Positions 1 to 8,509 of a stretch of DNA of 64,000 nucleotides are shown piece after piece. The DNA lies in IMG/VR virus record IMGVR_UViG_3300009104_000003, one strand, 5' to 3'. The translations under genes were made by a program, and so were the position numbers. Position 1 is the first letter of the stretch. The number at the start of each line of letters is the position of its first letter. The DNA is from an uncultured virus (IMG/VR IMGVR_UViG_3300009104_000003). Its lineage: Duplodnaviria; Heunggongvirae; Uroviricota; Caudoviricetes. Below the pieces are notes generated by a model, which did not search any database, had not been told where the DNA came from, and was given only the letters and a program-made list of their open reading frames with translations.

Positions 1-392
1 TGATCAGTCCACATTGGATATAAAGTATAGTTTCGATAAGGTAAAGATTGTGGTGTGTAGTCTGAACAGACATTACTATTACCACCAGACGAACCGCCTC
101 TAAGGTTTACACAACCATTAGTAGACATTCTAGCATGTCCCCAAGTTTGATCCCACCTATCCCATTCCATGCCAAGATTAACTTCGCTTGACCAACTATC
201 GTCACTTGAATTGAGGTTAGTAGTGCCAGACATATTATAAAGGTCTATAAGATCTTGTCCACCTTCGTAAATGTATACATCACTATTATAGCAACTTTGA
301 CTGTTTGCACAATCTGAATTGACATCTGCACTAACACCCCAGCTAGCACATAACAAAAGACCTGCTATTATGAATTTTCTAATTCTTTCCAT
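1..392 (-). CDS. Secreted protein, nidogen/NIDO-like N-terminal region (partial, runs off the window edge)
   Basis: Hand translation (not in ORF track): MERIRKFIIAGLLLCASWGVSADVNSDC...RMSTNGCVNL...TLYPMWTD. Signal-peptide-like start; overlaps the upstream gene's stop. Confidence 0.6.
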   Translation of the reverse strand, partial: MERIRKFIIAGLLLCASWGVSADVNSDCANSQSCYNSDVYIYEGGQDLIDLYNMSGTTNLNSSDDSWSSEVNLGMEWDRWDQTWGHARMSTNGCVNLRGGSSGGNSNVCSDYTPQSLPYRNYTLYPMWTD

Positions 393-1852
393 TCGCGTCT
401 ACATGTTGAACCGGATTTTTTAACTCCTTCTTTTGCTCTTCCACCCGTTACTGCTGCTGATTCGGCAGTATGTCTAGATCCTATACAAGCTTTGAGAAAT
501 TCTTTTCTAGGTTTTTCTGCTTCAGTCTTTGCTATTTCTGCAGCAATTTCTTTTTCATCCTCAATTCTAGCTTGTCTCTTATTAATCTTTTTCTTATTAT
601 CTTTGTAATCAGGTCTTTCTTCAGAATTAGCTGTCCAAGCTTGAGAAGCTTCATCACCAATTTTACCATAATATGGACAAGGTGTTCCGGCCATTTCCAT
701 AGCTTGGAATACACGTTCGTCTTGACACATTAGAGATACTGCTGCAACTTTCATACCCATATCATATACAGTTTTAGAAAGTTTAATACGTTCACAATTC
801 ATATCTCTTACAGATTTACCACCAGATAATCCAAATACTTGCCCTTGGAATGCTCCACTTACGCCAGTTGTACAAAGGTCTTGTGAGTAAGAACTTCCAA
901 TTGAAGGCGCGATCGCGCTCGCGGGAGGAGCTTTTGTTGTAATCTCTTGCTTGATTGTCTGATCTGTTTTATTAATGTTTTCATTTTTATTAGTATTTTC
1001 GTTCTTATTCGTATTGTTTGTGGTCACATTTGAATCTGAAGTACTTTCGCTTTTATTCACATTAGTATTCGTATTTGTATTATTTGAAGTTGAAGTACTA
1101 GTGTTATTATTATTATTTGTGTTAGTGTTATTCGAAGTACTATTACTATTCACATTTTGATCAACAGTTGAAGTATTAACATTGGTATTAGTATTATTCG
1201 ATGTTGAATTTACTGTAGAATTATTTGTATTCGTGTTATTATTTGTGTTATTCGATGTACTATTATTAGTATTAGTATTATTCGAATTTGAAGTATTAGT
1301 ATTCACATTAACATTCGTATTCGTGTTCGTGTTATTCGAAGTCGAGGTATTCGTGTTATTATTTGTGTTAGTATTACTCCCACTATATGTTGTATTATTC
1401 GTATTCGTGTTCGCATTTGTATTGGTCGCTGTCGAAGTATTAACATTAGTGTTACTATTGGTATTCGTGTTGGCATTCGTGTTCACGTTTGTGTTACTAT
1501 TAGTGTTCACATTTGTGTTGGTATTCACGTTTGTGTTACTATTAGTGTTCGTATTGGTGTTGGTCGACGTGTTAGTGTTCGTGTTCGTGTTAGTCGAGGT
1601 ATTATTATTTGTGTTCGTAGCCGTAGAAGTACTGGTATTAGTATTCGTGTTAGTCGAAGTATTCGTGTTGGTTGAAGTATTAGTATTCGTGTTCGTGTTA
1701 TTGTTGGTGTTGGTCGAAGTCGATGTTGTGGTTTGATTATTATTCTCACAAAATTCCGATCCAGCAGTACAATCTCCCGTCTGATCTGCAAATACAGAAG
1801 GAGAGTGCAAAGCTAATATGGTAGCTCCAACTAAGATTAGTAATTTTTTCAT
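368..1852 (-). CDS. Secreted Asn/Thr low-complexity repeat protein with Cys-containing C-terminal domain
   Basis: Signal peptide MKKLLILVG...VFA; about 250 aa of TNTN repeats; globular C-terminus (DLCTTGVSG...NCERIKLSK...MCQD...GTPCP). Confidence 0.8.
   Translation of the reverse strand: MKKLLILVGATILALHSPSVFADQTGDCTAGSEFCENNNQTTTSTSTNTNNNTNTNTNTSTNTNTSTNTNTNTSTSTATNTNNNTSTNTNTNTNTSTNTNTNTNSNTNVNTNTNVNTNSNTNVNTNANTNTNSNTNVNTSTATNTNANTNTNNTTYSGSNTNTNNNTNTSTSNNTNTNTNVNVNTNTSNSNNTNTNNSTSNNTNNNTNTNNSTVNSTSNNTNTNVNTSTVDQNVNSNSTSNNTNTNNNNNTSTSTSNNTNTNTNVNKSESTSDSNVTTNNTNKNENTNKNENINKTDQTIKQEITTKAPPASAIAPSIGSSYSQDLCTTGVSGAFQGQVFGLSGGKSVRDMNCERIKLSKTVYDMGMKVAAVSLMCQDERVFQAMEMAGTPCPYYGKIGDEASQAWTANSEERPDYKDNKKKINKRQARIEDEKEIAAEIAKTEAEKPRKEFLKACIGSRHTAESAAVTGGRAKEGVKKSGSTCRREWKELENS
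960..1745. repeat. Low-complexity coding repeat (Asn/Thr codons)
   Basis: Degenerate GTATTC/GTGTTC/GTATTA hexamer periodicity. Confidence 0.85.
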
Positions 1853-1930
1853 TGATCCTTTGTCCTAGAAAATTAGTTAAATTTGCATTTCACAGCAATT
1901 GTACAGAACGAAGAATTATTTAGATATAAC

Positions 1931-1938
1931 TATTTATA
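1931..1938 (-). promoter_or_regulatory. T4-type late promoter TATAAATA
   Basis: Exact motif, intergenic, upstream of the Asn/Thr protein; gp55 is present in the window. Confidence 0.7.
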
Positions 1939-1956
1939 AATTTAGGTTAGTTAGAA

Positions 1957-2295
1957 TTAACTATTAGGTTGTATTTCTTCAAAGACTATGGATAAACCAC
2001 ATCCACATGCCATTGCAACATTTGGATTTGCAAATTTAAATTCAGAATGGAGTCCTTCTTCTACAAAATCTAGAGTTGAACCAGTTAGATAAGGGATTGA
2101 AATAGGATCTATAACAACAAGAAACTTACCAAAGTCAAGTACATGATCATCATCATGAACTGAATCTGCATAATCAATTACATATTCATATCCACCACAA
2201 CCACCACCGGTTATTCCAACCCGGATAGAATCGTTTCCGTTTTGTTCAGTTTTTAACAGGAATTGCTGAATAGCATTGTCAGTGAGTTCTAGCAT
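1957..2295 (-). CDS. iscA: Fe-S cluster A-type carrier (IscA/HesB family)
   Basis: GGGCGG and CGCG motifs; adjacent to iscU. Confidence 0.9.
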   Translation of the reverse strand: MLELTDNAIQQFLLKTEQNGNDSIRVGITGGGCGGYEYVIDYADSVHDDDHVLDFGKFLVVIDPISIPYLTGSTLDFVEEGLHSEFKFANPNVAMACGCGLSIVFEEIQPNS

Positions 2296-2689
2296 TTTTC
2301 TTCATATCCCAGGCAGCAATCGCTTTGCGTATTGCTTCCTCTGCTAGGACGGAACAATGAAGTTTTATAGGTGGAAGTTCTAGAACTTCCGCTATCTCCT
2401 TATCTTTTATCTCTTTGGCTTCATCGATTGTTCGCCCTTTGAGCATATCAACGAATAATGAAGATGACGCTATAGCTGATCCACAGCCATACGTTTTGAA
2501 TTTCACATCAATAATTTTATCTTGGTTATTTAATTTTAGATCCAGTTTCATAACATCACCACATGCGGGTGCACCGACCATACCGGTAGCTATATTTGGA
2601 TCATTAGGGTCAAATCGGCCTACTCCGTGTGCCGAAGGATTTTTTAAAGCATTTTCAAAACGCTCGATTACCTTCTGTGAATAGGCCAT
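2279..2689 (-). CDS. iscU: Fe-S cluster scaffold IscU
   Basis: MAYS start; GAPACGDVMKL, FKTYGCGSAIASSS and LPPIKLHCSVLAE motifs. Confidence 0.95.
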   Translation of the reverse strand: MAYSQKVIERFENALKNPSAHGVGRFDPNDPNIATGMVGAPACGDVMKLDLKLNNQDKIIDVKFKTYGCGSAIASSSLFVDMLKGRTIDEAKEIKDKEIAEVLELPPIKLHCSVLAEEAIRKAIAAWDMKKNARTH

Positions 2690-2697
2690 TGGAATTC

Positions 2698-2949
2698 TTA
2701 GTTAGCGAAATTTACATTAACAGCTAAAGATGTTGCTGCGCCAGTTAAAGTGTCGCTAGGTGCTTTTTGAATATAAGCTATTTCACCTGCTGCTAATGTA
2801 ACTGTACCTAGTGTAGTTCCACCTGCATTCTTGTGAGTTATAACTTGAACTGAAGCTTTATTGTTCAATACTCTTACTAACTTAGCAAATCCGACATTAG
2901 ATGCTGAAGCTATTGCTGCTTCTGATCCATTTAGTTTTATTACTGCCAT
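2698..2949 (-). CDS. Hypothetical small beta-rich protein, possibly virion-associated
   Basis: ORF with GGAG RBS, directly downstream of a late promoter. Confidence 0.6.
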   Translation of the reverse strand: MAVIKLNGSEAAIASASNVGFAKLVRVLNNKASVQVITHKNAGGTTLGTVTLAAGEIAYIQKAPSDTLTGAATSLAVNVNFAN

Positions 2950-2968
2950 TTTATTTCTCCGAAATAAT

Positions 2969-2976
2969 TATTTATA
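2969..2976 (-). promoter_or_regulatory. T4-type late promoter TATAAATA
   Basis: Exact motif overlapping the lysozyme stop, about 20 nt before the next ATG. Confidence 0.65.
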
Positions 2977-3412
2977 TGTTTTCTAGTCTAGACATCAATC
3001 TTTCTGCACGATTAGTGACTTGATTATACCATCTAGAATCTCTTCCTTCTATTGCAGCTTTTTTCCAATCTCCTGATTCTGCTGCATCGATCATCTTTTT
3101 AAATTTAGATAATCTTGTTCTTCCCATATTAAACATCATATTTGCAAATATTTGTTTTGCCTCTTCAGGATATCCATCCCAGGTTTTAAAACATATTTTA
3201 CAATCTTTAAGTACTGTTTGTACATCCTTTTCAAAAGCTTCGATCACTCTTTCTTCTGATATAGGATAATCTACTCCCATTCCTTCTTCTGGATCACCTT
3301 CTATAATTAAATGCCCAATTCCAAATGTTGGGTATCCTAAGTGATCCAAATATATTTTATTTACAACGCCCTCATCTATTTCTAGCTGAGCCCTCAATTT
3401 GTCTACATTCAT
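2972..3412 (-). CDS. Phage lysozyme (GH24, T4 e-like)
   Basis: DEG...YLDHLGYPTFGIGHL catalytic E-D-T pattern; NMMFNMG; SRWYNQVTNRAERL. Confidence 0.9.
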   Translation of the reverse strand: MNVDKLRAQLEIDEGVVNKIYLDHLGYPTFGIGHLIIEGDPEEGMGVDYPISEERVIEAFEKDVQTVLKDCKICFKTWDGYPEEAKQIFANMMFNMGRTRLSKFKKMIDAAESGDWKKAAIEGRDSRWYNQVTNRAERLMSRLENI

Positions 3413-3678
3413 TCAATTATTTTCCTAATGTGATCTTCAAAAGCATCAATCTTTTCTGTTCTATTTGGCCAAAGAATATAATCTTTATCAGGATCTTTTT
3501 TTAAATTAGTTAACAAAGGTAATATAGCATTATATAACCTACTGACTTTTTCTTCTAAAGCTTCAACTTCAGCACTAGCTGAAGTAGCTTCGGATTTAAT
3601 TGTTTTAAAAGCTTCAAGTTCACTTTCATCAACTGCGGTAAATCCAAAGTCAAATTTTAATAGATCTGATTCTGTCAT
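3409..3678 (-). CDS. Conserved hypothetical phage protein
   Basis: FDFGFTAVDE...PDKDYILWPNR; overlapping start/stop. Confidence 0.7.
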   Translation of the reverse strand: MTESDLLKFDFGFTAVDESELEAFKTIKSEATSASAEVEALEEKVSRLYNAILPLLTNLKKDPDKDYILWPNRTEKIDAFEDHIRKIIE

Positions 3679-3863
3679 TTATCTTCCTCCATATCTATAT
3701 CTAGTTTCTTATATTTATGTTTTCTAGGGGTTTGTTTTGATTTATCTTTATGAATTCTATGACCATAAGGACTATCTTTATCAAATAGTTGTTTATGAAA
3801 TCGAGTTTTACCTCGATTTTTATTTAGTTTGTGCGGGTTAAATTGTTTTTTCATATCTACCAA
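3675..3863 (-). CDS. Small basic hypothetical protein
   Basis: ORF packed between its neighbours. Confidence 0.6.
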   Translation of the reverse strand: MVDMKKQFNPHKLNKNRGKTRFHKQLFDKDSPYGHRIHKDKSKQTPRKHKYKKLDIDMEEDK

Positions 3864-4489
3864 ACATATCCTATATTAAAAGACAATATATTATCACTTA
3901 CTGGATCTTCTACATAAATGTTTTTAAGTCCTATTTTTACTGTATCTGTTAACAAATAATCGAACGAGGTTTCATTCCTAATATATTCTGGAGTAGTTAC
4001 TTCATAAAGAAATTTATTTGTAAATTTTATTCTAGGTGCAACATCATAAGAGAACCATAAACTATTTCTAAAAATAAGCTCATTGCCATTATCTGTATAT
4101 AATAGTCCTGTTGCAAGCTCATTACTCATTTTAAATTTGTCTGTTTTTAAAATTTTATATCCCCAACCATAGGTATTTTGTATTCTTGAGTTGATTGATC
4201 TGAATTCATTATAATCAAATCTAAGTAAGCTAAAAACATAGTGTCTTGATTGTAATTCATATCTCTGTTTAAATGCAATTAATCCCCTGTTTGTTTTTCT
4301 TATGCTATTTGAATCTTTATATCGATAATCAAATTCAATATCATTTGTAAATCTTTTACCTTCCCAGGAATGATCAACACTTGTTACAATAGATAAATCA
4401 CCATCATCAATCTTACCACCAAAATCAAATTGACCTGAGGCTAGAGCCATTGGTGAAAATAATAATAAGATTATTATTAATTTATTCAT
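3857..4489 (-). CDS. Outer-membrane beta-barrel protein, DUF481/YdiY-like
   Basis: Signal peptide, alternating amphipathic strands, GWGYKIL, C-terminal aromatic BAM-type signal (NIGYVW). Confidence 0.7.
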   Translation of the reverse strand: MNKLIIILLLFSPMALASGQFDFGGKIDDGDLSIVTSVDHSWEGKRFTNDIEFDYRYKDSNSIRKTNRGLIAFKQRYELQSRHYVFSLLRFDYNEFRSINSRIQNTYGWGYKILKTDKFKMSNELATGLLYTDNGNELIFRNSLWFSYDVAPRIKFTNKFLYEVTTPEYIRNETSFDYLLTDTVKIGLKNIYVEDPVSDNILSFNIGYVW

Positions 4490-4687
4490 TTTTTAATTTG
4501 ATTTCCTCATACCATACATTACCAAACTTATCTACATGAACCCATTTTTCTCCGGGTCTAAATAAATATTTGGGGTAAGTATCTTGGGATTTAGAGGATT
4601 TCATTATATAATATCCACACAAGTAATATAATTGTGCCTAGTAAAAAACCAAACACATACTTAATGTGAAATTTGTAATGAATAATT

Positions 4688-4870
4688 TTATGCCATAATT
4701 CTTTCATTATATTCTCCAGCAATTGGCCAAGGGGAATAAACTGGTGGTGTTTGGTATTCATATCCAGGATATTCACGTGGATGTTTAATAGCCAAGTAAA
4801 TCATTCCTCCTATGACAAGTACCATTATTATACCTACAAGAGTTCCTACTATTTTATCTTTTTTATCCAT
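4688..4870 (-). CDS. Small membrane protein
   Basis: One hydrophobic helix. Confidence 0.5.
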   Translation of the reverse strand: MDKKDKIVGTLVGIIMVLVIGGMIYLAIKHPREYPGYEYQTPPVYSPWPIAGEYNERIMA

Positions 4871-5238
4871 TTATTAAAATTAGCCGTAATTCTTGTTTTT
4901 GTCATTCCAAGATTATATTTATTGTACATAAAATCAGTATAGCATTTTTTATGCCATTTCTTATTTGATGAATAAGTAAGTTGAACTGCATATGCTTCAC
5001 ATTCTCTATCAAGTCTATGTTGTTTATCCCAGTTTTGTTTAAATGCTGAGAGTAAACCACTTCTTAGATTTTGTTTTACGTGAGTAAGTTCGTGTTGCAA
5101 CAAACCCTCATTATCTTTCCATTTTGGACGAAGTAAAATAATAATACCTAAACACATTCCACCAAATTTCTTTGGCATAAAGTCAGTTATAATAACAAGT
5201 ATAGGAATTATATCCCATAGAAATCTTATTTTAATCAT
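4849..5238 (-). CDS. Zn-metallopeptidase-like protein
   Basis: HELTH motif followed by ECEAY. Confidence 0.6.
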   Translation of the reverse strand: MIKIRFLWDIIPILVIITDFMPKKFGGMCLGIIILLRPKWKDNEGLLQHELTHVKQNLRSGLLSAFKQNWDKQHRLDRECEAYAVQLTYSSNKKWHKKCYTDFMYNKYNLGMTKTRITANFNKWIKKIK

Positions 5239-5396
5239 CTGCCTTGTCCTCTATATTTTTTATGTGAACGCTTTTTATGCTTATTCATCGTTGAAGTAGA
5301 TATTTTAATTCGTCTACCTCTACCACCTTGTCCCTGTGAAGTACATTTTTTCGAACTTTTCCAAACTCTTTGAGATATACTTCTAAATAAGGCCAT
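5235..5396 (-). CDS. Small basic protein ending KKYRGQGR (53 aa)
   Basis: Hand translation MALFRS...TSQGQGG...MNKHKKRSHKKYRGQGR; ATGA overlap with the next gene. Confidence 0.7.
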   Translation of the reverse strand: MALFRSISQRVWKSSKKCTSQGQGGRGRRIKISTSTMNKHKKRSHKKYRGQGR

Positions 5397-5482
5397 CTAT
5401 ACCTTAGTTGTCCAGGCGTATATAACGCCACAAATAAAAGCTACAAATATTACACCTGCAGCAACCAATAAAACGTATTCAA

Positions 5483-5803
5483 TCATTTCTTCTTGTTCTT
5501 AGAACCCTTAGGTCGTCCACGTTTTTTAGGCTTAGGTTTTCTTCCACCTTTATACGCTTCATTTTTACGTTTTGTAGATTTGTCGTCAGCCTTATATTTA
5601 CCTTTAGGTCCTCTCGCTCTTTTATTCCTATCAGCTGGATTTTTTCCATCTTCATAGGCTTCATTCACGTCAGGGGTAGATTTATCGTCAGCTACGTATC
5701 TTCCTCTACTATCTTTTGCTCTTACACCAGAGCCAGTTGGACCGATAATGTTTTTCATAAACCATTTACTTAGTCCTGTATACCAATAATTTCTTTTAGT
5801 CAT
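5483..5803 (-). CDS. Basic DNA-binding-like protein with two internal repeats and an AT-hook
   Basis: 2x RA(K/R)xxxGxYxADDKSTxxxNEAY; C-terminal KKRGRPKGSKNK. Confidence 0.7.
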   Translation of the reverse strand: MTKRNYWYTGLSKWFMKNIIGPTGSGVRAKDSRGRYVADDKSTPDVNEAYEDGKNPADRNKRARGPKGKYKADDKSTKRKNEAYKGGRKPKPKKRGRPKGSKNKKK

Positions 5804-6036
5804 AATTCCTCCATAATTATAGGTTTTTTAACAATTGTTACTCCTCGTCTAACCAATTCGTTCCTAATTTTTTGTTTTACTTTAGGTTTTGTAAATTCTT
5901 TATTTAATAGTTCAAATAATTCTGTTTGTGAAGTATTCTTAATATAATGATGCTCAACTTCCCAACGATTTGTTGATCTTCCTGTTGTTGGATCTTTTAT
6001 CCACCTTTTTCCACTAGGTTTTAATTTTGTAGGCAT
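5800..6036 (-). CDS. Hypothetical protein
   Basis: Tightly packed ORF. Confidence 0.65.
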   Translation of the reverse strand: MPTKLKPSGKRWIKDPTTGRSTNRWEVEHHYIKNTSQTELFELLNKEFTKPKVKQKIRNELVRRGVTIVKKPIIMEEL

Positions 6037-6644
6037 TATCTTATTGTCTTTACTGAACCATCCTTTTTCACTCTATATGCTTCAAATGTTACGTTTGGAT
6101 AATCATCCCGTAACGATAAAAGAGCATACAAATTTGTAACTGCATCATCAAATAATCTTATTCTTTTATATTCACCACTATCTAAATATTTTTTAAATAC
6201 CGTTTGTTTATCTTTATATGTACTACCTGAACCTAAGTTCCCAGCTCTCTCAATATAAACCTTACTCATATCAATCCCTTGGGCTTTAAAGGTATCGATG
6301 AATAAATCTCTATCATCCATATCACCTCTAGCTGTTACTACAATAACTTTAGATCCAGCTTTTGTAGCATTCTTAATAATTGCTTTTGCTTTAGCAATCA
6401 TCTTCCCTATAGGGGTTGAAGTTTGGTTAAAGAGTTTAGCAGATCTAAATTGACCAAAGTCAAACTCTTCTCCTTTTTTCAGCTTATAAGAATTAAATTG
6501 TACATTATCTAAGTCTTTTATAACCTTACCATCTTTCTTTACTTGTACTCTAGCTTTAGAATGAAATAAAGTTTCATCAACGTCAAATATAGTTAAACCC
6601 TTTCCGGCTGCCTCTAGAATAAGTTTTATTATTTTCTTGTTCAT
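6036..6644 (-). CDS. HAD-superfamily phosphatase-like protein
   Basis: FDVDETL (motif I), VTAR (II), LFDD (IV); start moved to MNKK because a late promoter lies at 6650-6657. Confidence 0.75.
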   Translation of the reverse strand: MNKKIIKLILEAAGKGLTIFDVDETLFHSKARVQVKKDGKVIKDLDNVQFNSYKLKKGEEFDFGQFRSAKLFNQTSTPIGKMIAKAKAIIKNATKAGSKVIVVTARGDMDDRDLFIDTFKAQGIDMSKVYIERAGNLGSGSTYKDKQTVFKKYLDSGEYKRIRLFDDAVTNLYALLSLRDDYPNVTFEAYRVKKDGSVKTIR

Positions 6645-6649
6645 ATTTC

Positions 6650-6657
6650 TATTTATA
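6650..6657 (-). promoter_or_regulatory. T4-type late promoter TATAAATA
   Basis: Exact motif a few nt upstream of an ATG. Confidence 0.6.
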
Positions 6658-6675
6658 TGCACAAGTTATTTAAAA

Positions 6676-6894
6676 TTATATTCTAGGTGTTGTATCACTA
6701 AAATGAGTATCTAGTGCCATTAGCTTATCATCAAATTCTGCAATTTCTCCGACTAATTTGTCGATAGTTTCAATTACATCTGGATGATCGCCAACACCAG
6801 CATGAGCTTCTAAAAATATTTCGATGTTTGCTTTATGTTTCGCAATTTCACCGTGATAATATTTTCTTAAAGCATCTATGATCATTTGTCTCAT
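6676..6894 (-). CDS. Conserved hypothetical T4-like protein
   Basis: KHKANIEIFL...GVGDHPDVIETI pattern recalled from marine myoviruses. Confidence 0.7.
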   Translation of the reverse strand: MRQMIIDALRKYYHGEIAKHKANIEIFLEAHAGVGDHPDVIETIDKLVGEIAEFDDKLMALDTHFSDTTPRI

Positions 6895-6896
6895 AA

Positions 6897-7598
6897 TTAT
6901 CTCCGATTATATTTATCAATTGTTTCAATTAATTCTTTGTCCCAATTATCTCTATGTTCAATAAAGATTTGCGGACCTTGATCCCCAGCTATGCATACAA
7001 CTAGTTGAGTTATAGGCATGCCTGTTAATTCTTCCCACATTATTGCATATCCTGCAGTTTGCATAAAATAGTTTGTTACCCATTCTTTCTTTTTCCATTT
7101 GTTCGATGTTTTCCAATCAATAATACTATTCTTTCCTTTCCAAACCCCTACACAATCTGCTGTTCCAGCTACTTTTAAATATTTAGAATGTAATCTTTGT
7201 TCTGTAGCATATACCTTACTTAGGTTTTGATCTATGATAGGATGAATATTATAAAATAATTCCATTATGTGTGGTAATGGATCAGCTGCACCTCCCGGTC
7301 CTTCAGCCGAAGCATGAATTTTAGTCGCTGGTCTATATGTATTATTAACATACATTTCAAGTAGATCATGTACTTCATTTCCTTTTTGAACTGCTTGGCG
7401 ACTAATCCTATTTGCTTCTTCCGCGCCTACGCGCTCGCGCCATTTCATTATTCCTTCTTTGCTTAGAATAGATAGAACAGAAGTAATAGAAGGATATTCA
7501 TTACCCTCTTCATCCATATAAACTCTACCAGATTTTCTATTAATCTGTTTAAGATTACTTTCCTTTATATCTACTTTCTCGTGTAAAAATGCTGGCAT
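6897..7598 (-). CDS. PD-(D/E)xK exonuclease (RecB/lambda-exo/Cas4-like)
   Basis: YPSITSVL, GNEVH, AGTADC, IIDWKTS, YFMQxxGYA. Confidence 0.85.
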   Translation of the reverse strand: MPAFLHEKVDIKESNLKQINRKSGRVYMDEEGNEYPSITSVLSILSKEGIMKWRERVGAEEANRISRQAVQKGNEVHDLLEMYVNNTYRPATKIHASAEGPGGAADPLPHIMELFYNIHPIIDQNLSKVYATEQRLHSKYLKVAGTADCVGVWKGKNSIIDWKTSNKWKKKEWVTNYFMQTAGYAIMWEELTGMPITQLVVCIAGDQGPQIFIEHRDNWDKELIETIDKYNRR

Positions 7599-7599
7599 A

Positions 7600-7899
7600 T
7601 TATTTAAGTCCGTGTTTCTTAGCTACCTTTTCTGAAGCTACTTCTTTTGCTGTTCTACGAATATTCTTTTTAGCTACTTCACTATCCGGATGTGCTTCGC
7701 CAACTTTTTGTAGGACTTCATTCCATCCAGCGCCAGCTTTCTTCAACACATCACCATCTCTCCTAGTAATCATATTAGGTGGTATTATTATTTGTTGTAG
7801 ATCGGGATTATCTTTTTTAAACTGGTCAAGGTCTCGCCAGCTCATTGAATATTCTTTCACTTCACCTGTCTTCATATTTTTAAAATCATATCTTGGCAT
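7600..7899 (-). CDS. FmdB-like small regulatory protein
   Basis: MPRYDFKNxKTGE start; GWNEVLQKV. Confidence 0.6.
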   Translation of the reverse strand: MPRYDFKNMKTGEVKEYSMSWRDLDQFKKDNPDLQQIIIPPNMITRRDGDVLKKAGAGWNEVLQKVGEAHPDSEVAKKNIRRTAKEVASEKVAKKHGLK

Positions 7900-8029
7900 A
7901 ATAACGTTAAAGGCGGAATTGGCCTACTGCAGATAGACCAATTCCTAAATTTGTTGGTGATGTCCTCCTTTGTTCGATGTTGATGGAAAGTCCTTCATAA
8001 TCTCTTTTTTAGGATCACCTCCTTCGGAT

Positions 8030-8509
8030 TTAGTTAGCTTCTTGTTTCTCCTCCGCTTCACTTGGAGTTGAAACCCCTTCTGAGATAATAGTTGGAAAGG
8101 CTTCTTTTACTAAGGCTTTTGTTATGCCTTTATATTTGCCGCCCAATTTCTTATCTTTCATGTATAAAATTAATTGTGCTTCGTCTGGATGCAATGATTC
8201 CAAACAATCAATAAACATTTTTTCGCGGCGACCAGCTGATATATTATCACCTATTCCGCCCTTATTAAAATATTTAAATCGTCTAGTAATCTTGTGCAAG
8301 TTAGACGGAGACAAACCTTTCGGTGCATCGTCTTTTCTATATGGTGGTTCTCCTTCTGGTAAGTTAAATTGGAGTGTTGGGTCAAAAGCTCCTTTAAGAA
8401 TAGTCCTTAAAGGTCTATTTGAATTTGCCTGAAGATATTCTATCTTCTCTTTCTTTGTTTTTAATCCTGCGGCAAATGATAGGATTTCGGTGATTAATCG
8501 TTCAGCCAT
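8030..8509 (-). CDS. Conserved T4-like hypothetical protein
   Basis: LPEGEPPY and REKMFIDCLESLHPDEA motifs; typically follows RNase H. Confidence 0.7.
   Translation of the reverse strand: MAERLITEILSFAAGLKTKKEKIEYLQANSNRPLRTILKGAFDPTLQFNLPEGEPPYRKDDAPKGLSPSNLHKITRRFKYFNKGGIGDNISAGRREKMFIDCLESLHPDEAQLILYMKDKKLGGKYKGITKALVKEAFPTIISEGVSTPSEAEEKQEAN

Noticed and set aside
975..1736. Very hydrophobic plus-strand ORFs (Val/Leu/Phe-rich)
   Set aside because: Antisense shadows of the Asn/Thr codon repeat; no RBS or promoter.
960..1745. Possible CRISPR or tandem-repeat array
   Set aside because: No constant repeat with unique spacers; the periodicity follows the protein's codons. No CRISPR array was seen anywhere in the window.
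6897..7598. Cas4 as part of a CRISPR-Cas system
   Set aside because: No Fe-S cysteine cluster, no other cas genes and no array; an ordinary phage exonuclease.
8012..8024. 16S rRNA gene fragment
   Set aside because: Only 13 nt match; the flanks are not rRNA-like. Treated as a complementary motif instead.
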